Part shown: positions 57,379 to 64,000 of the stretch, piece by piece | Layout of the letters: each line of letters begins with the position of its first letter | Numbering within the stretch: the first letter of the stretch is position 1 | Virus record (IMG/VR): IMGVR_UViG_3300037249_000287 | Span: 21,025-85,024 of that record | Strand: one strand, 5' to 3' | Source of the DNA: a virus | Taxonomy: Duplodnaviria; Caudoviricetes | DNA length: 64,000 nucleotides | Program-made: the position numbers and the translations under genes | The notes under the pieces: model-generated | Seen by the model: the letters and a program-made list of their open reading frames with translations, nothing else | What the model was told of the DNA's origin: nothing | Databases searched by the model: none

Positions 57379-57475
57379 CAAACGATAGTGTTATATTGTA
57401 ATGAGTTATATCAGAATTTCTGTTTTTTTATGTGTAACCTCCGAAACTTGTGAAAGCAGTAAGAGGTTTTAAAAC

Positions 57476-57548
57476 TGGGGTATAGAATAACTGGTTAGTT
57501 CACGGAACTTTGGATTCCGTAGTGGTGATTCAACTTCACCTGCCCCAA
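57476..57548 (+). tRNA. trnQ: tRNA-Gln(UUG)
   Basis: TGGGGTA/TGCCCCA acceptor (U1-A72); anticodon arm CGGAA-CTTTGGA-TTCCG; T-arm GGTGA-TTCAACT-TCACC (atypical loop); CCA not encoded. Confidence 0.85.
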
Positions 57549-57594
57549 CAAAGGTAAATCAAACTTTTAGTTATTCACGAAAACGTATTTATTT

Positions 57595-58722
57595 ATGAAA
57601 ATTGAATGTAATTCAAAAACATTGGCTGCACGTCTTAAAATGGCAGCGAAAGTAATCAATTCAAAGAATGCACTACCTATTCTCGGCGACTTCTTGGTCG
57701 AAACAAAAGGTGACGTAATTCTTATCACGGCAAGCGACTCAGAACAGTGGCTTTCATTGAAATGCCAGATTATCAGTTGTGATGGCGATGTGCGGTTCTG
57801 TGTGCCGTCTGCCGATTTTCTTAAAGCCACCGACAACCTGAACGATGTGCCAATTACATTAACGCTTGACGAATCAACGCACACAATCACATGCGACTAT
57901 GGCAACGGAAAATTTACAATGCCGTATGAGGATGCCAATGAATACCCGTTGGCAAGCATGGACACAACTGATTCTAAAGACTTTATCATTGACGGAAAGA
58001 AAGTACTGAAAGCTATAGAACTTACAGGGTTTGCTACCGCGAATGATGAACTGCGTCCAGTGATGAATGGCATTCACTTTGATTTCTTTGCGGATGGTAT
58101 GGTGAGTGCAACATCAGACGGACACAAGCTTGCACGTTACAAAGATAAAACAGTCACAAGAGAAGATGACGGAACTGTACCTAACTTTACATTGCCAAAG
58201 AAGCCCGCTAACATCCTTATGACTATTCTAAGCGCAATAGATGGCGACGTGAAGGTTTCTTTCAACGACAAGGCAATATCCGTAAACAATAAGGATTTCA
58301 AATTTTCTGCAAGACTTTTGGACTTCAAGTACCCCAACTACGAAGCCGTCATCCCAAAGAATAGTCCAATTACGATTACAACAGACAGAGGCTCGTTGCT
58401 TAACGCACTAAAACGTGTTCTTCCAATGGCTAACGATTCAAGCTGCCTTGTTGAACTTGACTTCATACAAGGGCAGGTTACAATAAGCGCAAAAGACATT
58501 GATTTTAGTAAGTCTGCAAGCGAAACAGTGACATGCGACTGCGACACTGAATTGAAGATTGGATTCAAAGGCTCAACACTTGCAGAAATTCTGAAAAACA
58601 TTAATGATGACAACATAGTCATTGAACTCTCAGACCCAAGTCGTGCTGGCGTGTTCTATTCAGCATTTGAATTGACGCGAGATGAATACCTTTCGCTATG
58701 TATGCCAATGTTAGTCCAGTAA
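57595..58722 (+). CDS. dnaN: DNA polymerase III beta sliding clamp
   Basis: 375 aa; KNALPILGDFL, ATANDELRPVMNGIHF, ATSDGHKL, YPNYEAVIP, IGFKGSTL and terminal LCMPM. Confidence 0.93.
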   Translation: MKIECNSKTLAARLKMAAKVINSKNALPILGDFLVETKGDVILITASDSEQWLSLKCQIISCDGDVRFCVPSADFLKATDNLNDVPITLTLDESTHTITCDYGNGKFTMPYEDANEYPLASMDTTDSKDFIIDGKKVLKAIELTGFATANDELRPVMNGIHFDFFADGMVSATSDGHKLARYKDKTVTREDDGTVPNFTLPKKPANILMTILSAIDGDVKVSFNDKAISVNNKDFKFSARLLDFKYPNYEAVIPKNSPITITTDRGSLLNALKRVLPMANDSSCLVELDFIQGQVTISAKDIDFSKSASETVTCDCDTELKIGFKGSTLAEILKNINDDNIVIELSDPSRAGVFYSAFELTRDEYLSLCMPMLVQ

Positions 58723-58848
58723 TGCGTATGAATAACTATGATTATCCGATGGGGGCAGACAACCAAGATGCACCTTGGAATCAGCCATTATGCGAACTAT
58801 ACGATTGGGCACATGATGATAACATACAAGACCCATTAGAAAGATACG

Positions 58849-59268
58849 ATGAATGATGACTACATAAATGGGTACGTTGAACGCAAGCAGGGTGGCCGCT
58901 ATGAAGGGAAACTTTCAATAGACGGCATCCTGCTGCCTTCTATTACAGCAACGTATTTCAAAGATGAAGGCGAAAACTATCTTTGGATAAGACGCAAAAA
59001 AGTACTTGAATACGACTTTGAAAGTCAGTCGTATAAAGAACGTGACGCAAAACCTCAGTTTGAGGCTTATTTGAAAAAACAACTTGACGGCAATGCTGTT
59101 GCATACAAAGGTGAGTTCTTTTTTATGCGTTTCAGGTATTCCATAACAGGCGTTTGGGACAAAGTTCTCGGTAACGACAAACAACGACTCAACCTCTTTG
59201 TGGAACGACTTCCATTGGCGGAGCAAACAATCATAAATAGCATTAATGAATCAAAGAAAAAGAAATGA
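58849..59268 (+). CDS. Hypothetical protein
   Basis: 139 aa, aromatic/beta-rich. Confidence 0.6.
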   Translation: MNDDYINGYVERKQGGRYEGKLSIDGILLPSITATYFKDEGENYLWIRRKKVLEYDFESQSYKERDAKPQFEAYLKKQLDGNAVAYKGEFFFMRFRYSITGVWDKVLGNDKQRLNLFVERLPLAEQTIINSINESKKKK

Positions 59269-59732
59269 TAGAGGAAGAAATAAAAAAAGAACTTGAAGAA
59301 AATGAACGCAAAACAATACAATGTATTTGCGACACATTAACAAATTACGAAGGTAGAATAAGATTGTATCTTGCTGATTTCATTGCATCATTATGCGAAG
59401 TTGACAAAGACAAAATGTTTTCAGCGTGTAACGAACTTGATGTTGCTCAGGCAAGGTGGCTATACTGGTACGCATACAGATATATGACTGGAGAAACATA
59501 CGAAAAGATTGGTAAACTGTCTGGATTGTATGGCAAGACGTTTACGAAAGTTGGTGTTGCTGCAAGTGTGAATAAAATGTATACCCTAATTGAACAGCAA
59601 CCTATTTGGCGCAAACGGTGGGTAATAGTAAAGCGCATCATTAAAGTTCAAAATGAAATGCTTGTAGAGCCACCAATACCAGTAACAATAACAATACCCA
59701 AAAATGTAGAACTAACAATTAAAAAAGAATAA
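59265..59732 (+). CDS. Protein with a DnaA domain IV-like HTH
   Basis: VAQARWLYWYAYRYMTGETYEKIG...VAASVNKM resembles the DnaA C-terminal AR..AMYL.R..T..S...IG pattern. Confidence 0.5.
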   Translation: MIEEEIKKELEENERKTIQCICDTLTNYEGRIRLYLADFIASLCEVDKDKMFSACNELDVAQARWLYWYAYRYMTGETYEKIGKLSGLYGKTFTKVGVAASVNKMYTLIEQQPIWRKRWVIVKRIIKVQNEMLVEPPIPVTITIPKNVELTIKKE

Positions 59733-59734
59733 TC

Positions 59735-60157
59735 ATGTACGAAATTGTTCTAAACTATGTGGTCGTAAATCCAAAAAACGGCTCAGATGTAAGCAAAAAA
59801 GAAAACCTTATCCTTGAACATGCCGAGTCGTTTGCCGATGCAGAACAGATTGGCTATGACTATGGTAGCGGACTAACGGCTGTTGATGTCGTAAGCGTTA
59901 AGCGTAGCAAGTTGAAGGAAATTGTCAACGAAAAGCCTTTCAACGATGAAACGTGCAAGATTTACGTTGCACAGATTGTTGACCACTTTGTTGACTTGGA
60001 AACGGAAGAAACAAAAGACATCAAGTATTCCGTTGCCTTGTTTGCCCACGACATGAAAGAGGCACACCAAACAATCGAACAATATATGAAACAGGGGCTT
60101 GAAGACATGGATTTGGTAGGTATTAAGGAAACAAAGTTTTCGGGAGTGTTGAAATGA
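59735..60157 (+). CDS. DUF4494-like protein
   Basis: AESFADAE...VKRSKLKEIV; AHDMKEA...IKETKF duplicated fold. Confidence 0.65.
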   Translation: MYEIVLNYVVVNPKNGSDVSKKENLILEHAESFADAEQIGYDYGSGLTAVDVVSVKRSKLKEIVNEKPFNDETCKIYVAQIVDHFVDLETEETKDIKYSVALFAHDMKEAHQTIEQYMKQGLEDMDLVGIKETKFSGVLK

Positions 60158-60618
60158 AAAGATTTGGTGTAGGACATAGCAACAGTAAGTACGGCTCAAG
60201 TAAGGTTGAGTTCAAAGGCATGGTCTTTGATTCAAAGTACGAGGTACAAAGATACATATACTTACTTGGATTACAGCAACAAGGAAAGATAAGTGGTTTG
60301 CGCAGACAAACGCCTTTCTTGCTTATTCCAAAGGCTACGAAACTTGTGGCGAAACAACTTAAAACAAAAGTAAAGTACGTTGAACGTGTTGTGGAAATGC
60401 AATCACTTTATCACAACGACTTTACTTACATTGAGGATGGTAAATACATCTGCGAAGAGTTTAAGTCTGCCATGACATCAAAACTTGCTGACTATATCCT
60501 GCGCCGCAAACTTATGGTACAGAAGATTTACAAGCATAACCAAAAAGGTCGCTCACAATGGGTGTTTCGCGAGGTTGTGTATTATAATAAAAAGAAAACA
60601 ATAATAACAGATAAATAA
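60154..60618 (+). CDS. DUF1064 family protein (putative PD-(D/E)xK nuclease/resolvase)
   Basis: SKYGSSKVEFKGMVFDSKYE...ISGLRRQTPFLLIP...YHNDFTY...EEFKS. Confidence 0.75.
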   Translation: MKRFGVGHSNSKYGSSKVEFKGMVFDSKYEVQRYIYLLGLQQQGKISGLRRQTPFLLIPKATKLVAKQLKTKVKYVERVVEMQSLYHNDFTYIEDGKYICEEFKSAMTSKLADYILRRKLMVQKIYKHNQKGRSQWVFREVVYYNKKKTIITDK

Positions 60619-60654
60619 TTTGGATAATTCAAAATAATTTCGTAACTTTGCAAC

Positions 60655-60728
60655 GTGGATAGGTGGAGGTAATTGACCACTGACAAGTGTAAGCCGAAAG
60701 CACTTCCACGTTTTTCAATCTTTCGGCT
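60655..60728 (+). ncRNA. Candidate structured leader, class A, copy 2
   Basis: Starts 5 nt after promoter TAACTTTG (60643-60650). GTGGA/TCCAC, GGTGG/CCACT, AGTGT/GCACT; loop AGCCGAAA pairs with TTTCGGCT 60721-28. Confidence 0.65.
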
Positions 60729-60747
60729 AACTTGATTTCGGTAATAT

Positions 60748-61335
60748 ATGGCAAACGTAAAAAAGATTTTATTTGGTATTGGGGTAAATGATTACGAATA
60801 CCCAATACAAAGTAATGGTGTTATGTTGACTTCGTATGCTAAATGGAAGTCTATGCTGCAACGGTGTTACAGTGAGAAATATGTTAATAGACGTAAATGT
60901 TATGTTGGATGTTCTGTGTGCGACGAATGGTTGCGCTTTTCAAACTTCAAAAGGTGGTTTGATAAAAATTATGTAGAAGGATATTATTTAGACAAAGACA
61001 TCTTAGTTAATGGAAATAAGGTGTATAGCCCAGAAACATGCTGCTTTGTTCCACATGAGATAAATGAACTAATAGAAACCCGCAAAAATAAAACAAATAA
61101 GTTTTATCAATGCGTAGAGATTAGCAAAAACGGAAAATTTCGTGCAAGGATAAAAAGATATGGACGTAGGGAATACTTGGGCACTTTCAATACACCCGAA
61201 GAAGCGTTCTATGCCTATAAAGAGGCGAAGGAGGCATACATAAAAGAGGTCGCCACGAAATATTACAACGATGGGAAGATAGCAAGAAACGTCTATGAGG
61301 CGTTGATGAATTATAAAGTGGAAATAACAGATTAA
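60748..61335 (+). CDS. HNH-like endonuclease with an AP2-like domain (paralog of 16155)
   Basis: GIGVNDY...WKSMLQRCY...CDEWLRFSNFKRWFD...LDKDIL...YSPETCCFVP; both paralogs end VEITD. Confidence 0.7.
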   Translation: MANVKKILFGIGVNDYEYPIQSNGVMLTSYAKWKSMLQRCYSEKYVNRRKCYVGCSVCDEWLRFSNFKRWFDKNYVEGYYLDKDILVNGNKVYSPETCCFVPHEINELIETRKNKTNKFYQCVEISKNGKFRARIKRYGRREYLGTFNTPEEAFYAYKEAKEAYIKEVATKYYNDGKIARNVYEALMNYKVEITD

Positions 61336-61345
61336 ATATATAATT

Positions 61346-61966
61346 ATGCTGAATTACAGAGACACGCAAAACGCCTTGCATGTAAGGCTTGTGGATTTTA
61401 CACTACAGGAGTATTTGTTTGTACTCCAAGTAGTTCTTGAAGAGGACATTCGCGTTGCATACGCAAGTGTGTTCGATACGTCTGAATTTAAGAGAAATGT
61501 GCCGTCCGAAGACGAGGAAGAATATTTGGCTCAATTCCAAAAGAAAGCCGAAACTTTGCTTGAAACACAGAATTGTGTTCACCTGAAAGAATACTTAGAG
61601 ACAGAATACCAAAGAGATATTCAAGAGCAAGCAAGTTCTCTTGAAGAGTTTCATTTTACAGGTGCTGACGTGCAGAAGATACTCAATAACTTATTGAGAG
61701 ATAGAACATTAGACCTCTCAGAGAGTTCTGTCAAAGACATCACCAGCATCCTAAAAATGATGTATGAAAATGGGTCTCTTGATTCGGGCGACAGCTTTCA
61801 ACGTCATTGGATAACAATACCTGCCAAGTTTAATATTTTGTGCCCTCAATGTAATCGTGAGGGTTACGCGGTTGAAGGTCTTGACTTCCGTTGCGAGTTC
61901 TGCGGTTGCACTGCAAGATGGGATGAAAGCCAGCATCGCTACTTTCCAAACTTGGGACACCTTTAA
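61346..61966 (+). CDS. Hypothetical protein with a C-terminal zinc ribbon
   Basis: CPQC...CEFC. Confidence 0.6.
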   Translation: MLNYRDTQNALHVRLVDFTLQEYLFVLQVVLEEDIRVAYASVFDTSEFKRNVPSEDEEEYLAQFQKKAETLLETQNCVHLKEYLETEYQRDIQEQASSLEEFHFTGADVQKILNNLLRDRTLDLSESSVKDITSILKMMYENGSLDSGDSFQRHWITIPAKFNILCPQCNREGYAVEGLDFRCEFCGCTARWDESQHRYFPNLGHL

Positions 61967-61978
61967 ACTTTAACGCTT

Positions 61979-62844
61979 ATGATTGATATTACGACAACTT
62001 TTACACCGATTGGGTCTGAGTACCCAAAAGGTTTTTTGGCACAAAAATGGGTTGGAAGTATTGCCATAAAAGGTGGCGAAGATGGAAACATCCTGCATTG
62101 GCATATTGAAAGCGAATCACCCAAGCACATAGTAAAAACCCAAATATGTTTGCTTGAAAGCATGAAAGATGCAATCGAGAAACGTATAAAACTTTTAGAA
62201 AGTAGTTTAAGAGATTAAAGGCAATGGTTATGGAAGAAAATAAAGTGAAAATATTTTGGAAACCCGTTGATGGCGGTGAACTAAAAGAACTTGAATGTGC
62301 TACTAAATCGGATGGCTTTGAGTTTGAACCTCTGGAAGAACCTGTAGATGTCCAATATGACCCAACACCAGTTGCAAAAGAATATTCTTTTTCGTTTGAT
62401 ATGGATATTTCTTCAAAGCAATTTCAAAGTATTCGCAAGTTGTTTAAAAATCGTCTGCCAAGGAAGTTTAAGAAACAATACAAAAACATGGTAGCAAAAA
62501 AGTTTGGTATCAAGCCAAGTAAGTTAAGGTTTAGATATAATGGTGTTTTTACACATGAATAAATTGCGCTTATGGAAACAAAAGAAGATTTAAAAAACAT
62601 GATTCTTGATGCTTGGAAAGATGGATATGTTGTCTTTGCGTCTATCGAAGGTCTGCACAGACAAAAACTTGAAGAGTTCACCAAGCAGCCGTTGGATGGT
62701 ATGTTGTACGACATCAACCGCAATACAGCAACAATCCTAACGTTCATCGAAGACCCTAAATGGGTTAATGATTTTGCCCTTACAAAGTTACTTGAATACT
62801 ACTATAATAAGTGCAAAGAATATGAAAGCATATTAAACAAATAA
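61979..62844 (+). other. Small hypothetical genes (61979-62218, 62224-62562, 62572-62844)
   Basis: Packed ORFs at the end of the rightward arm. Confidence 0.55.
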
Positions 62845-62846
62845 AA

Positions 62847-62892
62847 GAAAGCCGTTTTAGCCACTTTTCGTTGGTTTTAACGGCTTTTCTTG
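62847..62892. terminator. Bidirectional terminator at the arm convergence
   Basis: AGAAAGCCGTT...AACGGCTTTTCT inverted repeat. Confidence 0.55.
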
Positions 62893-62947
62893 TTCTTTCC
62901 TTACAACTATGCCACTTTGATGTTTTAACTGCTTAGAACGGCATTAT

Positions 62948-63340
62948 TCAATAACACGGCTCGGAAACCTTTTCAACCAATTGTTTTGTAAGGAAGCCAG
63001 TAAGGTATGCCGCATCCTCACCGTCCCAGTCAACACCATAGTACCTGATGATGGCATCGGCGGTATGCTTTAGTTCGTGAACAGCGGTTGACCACCACTC
63101 GCTTGGTCTTGTAGCCTTGCTGATGAATATGGCACTCATGCGCAGGTTTTCGTCAGATACCGTCATGCCAGTGTTGTACATGGAAAGAATACGCAAAGCC
63201 TTATTTATGCTTTTGTCGGACATGCCAAGACTTTTGCATATTGCCCATATCTCATCAAAGTCTAACGTGTCATAGTCGTAGCAAACTAAAACTCCCCAGC
63301 GGGAATCAACATCAAGATACGCACTTTCCATAGGCATCAA
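62948..63340 (-). CDS. HExxH zincin-like metalloprotein
   Basis: AVHELKH...GEDAAYLTG. Confidence 0.6.
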   Translation of the reverse strand: MMPMESAYLDVDSRWGVLVCYDYDTLDFDEIWAICKSLGMSDKSINKALRILSMYNTGMTVSDENLRMSAIFISKATRPSEWWSTAVHELKHTADAIIRYYGVDWDGEDAAYLTGFLTKQLVEKVSEPCY

Positions 63341-63745
63341 TCAGAAAAAACGTTCCCAATAGATAGGTACACGCATCACATCCATCTTTGCCTTGAAACA
63401 TGCAAGGACGGCTGTAGGCTCACAATCAGGGTCGCATATCGTTTCCTCGATGTATGCGGCACGGTGCTTGTCATCCTCCAAAGACTTTGTGTAGTCGGCA
63501 TAGCACATGTGCCAGAGGTAATACGCATCATAATAAGACTCGTCGGGAATGTTCAGCTTGTTCGTTTTCAAGAACTCGTCAAATTCCTCGATAGTCTTTT
63601 TCTTGATAGGCTCAAGCTCGCCACTTGTCGGGCTTTCCTTTCGCATACAAGAAATTGCCCATTCAGCAAGTTTCTTGTTCATGTGGCAGTGATATTTACT
63701 ATTGTAAATCTCCTCCTCTTCACTTTTATATACGTAATATTCCAT
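63341..63745 (-). CDS. Conserved Bacteroidales-phage hypothetical protein
   Basis: HMNKKLAEWAISCM...MCYADY...ICDPD. Confidence 0.6.
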   Translation of the reverse strand: MEYYVYKSEEEEIYNSKYHCHMNKKLAEWAISCMRKESPTSGELEPIKKKTIEEFDEFLKTNKLNIPDESYYDAYYLWHMCYADYTKSLEDDKHRAAYIEETICDPDCEPTAVLACFKAKMDVMRVPIYWERFF

Positions 63746-63814
63746 TTTTTTGTTTCCTTTCTCTTTTAATAATGGGGAAAGGATGAAAAACACCCAATCC
63801 CCAAAAGTTAATTA

Positions 63815-64000
63815 CTAAAGATACCTTCCACGGCTGTCGCGCTGACGACGGTAGTGCTCATCTTCTGCGTCTTCCCATCCTGCACGATACCCGTGCTCAT
63901 ACATCTTATCACGCTCTTCTTCGTGGCGCATCATTGGAGAATAGTCACCACCACGCATCATTCTGCGCATATTGTGACGAACGCTTTGCATTTCGTCATC
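63815..64000 (-). CDS. C-terminus of a Met/Arg/Glu-rich protein (5' end lies outside the window)
   Basis: ...MRRMMRGGDYSPMMRHEEERDKMYEHGYRAGWEDAEDEHYRRQRDSRGRYL*. Confidence 0.6.
   Translation of the reverse strand, partial: DDEMQSVRHNMRRMMRGGDYSPMMRHEEERDKMYEHGYRAGWEDAEDEHYRRQRDSRGRYL

Noticed and set aside
61346-61966. Terminase small subunit
   Set aside because: It is not adjacent to terL and has no recognisable TerS HTH pattern; left as hypothetical.
1-64000. Stop-codon reassignment (TAG to Gln), as in some Bacteroidales phages
   Set aside because: Long genes are intact in code 11. TAG ends the capsid, 4347 and chaperone genes at sensible positions, and the tRNA-Gln anticodon is UUG, not CUA.
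1-64000. CRISPR array, DGR/retron reverse transcriptase, IS transposase, tyrosine integrase
   Set aside because: No regularly spaced repeat array and no YADD-type RT, DDE or R-H-R-Y motifs were recognised in any ORF.

Overview
64 kb of a long-tailed (siphovirus-type) dsDNA phage of a Bacteroidales host, inferred from about 20 TAnnTTTG promoters and Bacteroidales-type gene families. It uses the standard genetic code. Layout: terminase large subunit (partial, minus strand, runs off the left edge) diverging from a head-tail operon (scaffold, capsid, neck, major tail, frameshifted tail chaperone, 2893-aa tape measure, Dit-like; 1.3-18.1 kb); a leftward replication/methylase arm (18.2-28 kb); a 2.15-kb ORF-free region with an AT-rich block and a candidate ~1-kb ncRNA; a long rightward early/middle arm (MutS-I-MoxR ATPase plus VWA partner, serine recombinase, RNase H, alpha-CTD-like protein, SSB-exonuclease-RecT, dUTPase, beta-clamp, tRNA-Gln, an aberrant tRNA-Ser-like RNA); and the end of a second minus-strand operon at the right edge. 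The strongest novel signal is a set of structured 5' leaders. Six promoter-proximal kissing-loop RNAs share one architecture but have six unrelated loop-loop pairings; four carry an AGUA/GAA S-turn and sit directly on free-standing endonuclease genes. A second, pseudoknotted three-way-junction motif sits on both AP2-type endonuclease genes. All protein calls come from motif recognition by eye, and all RNA structures are manual base-pairing; no database search or folding program was run.
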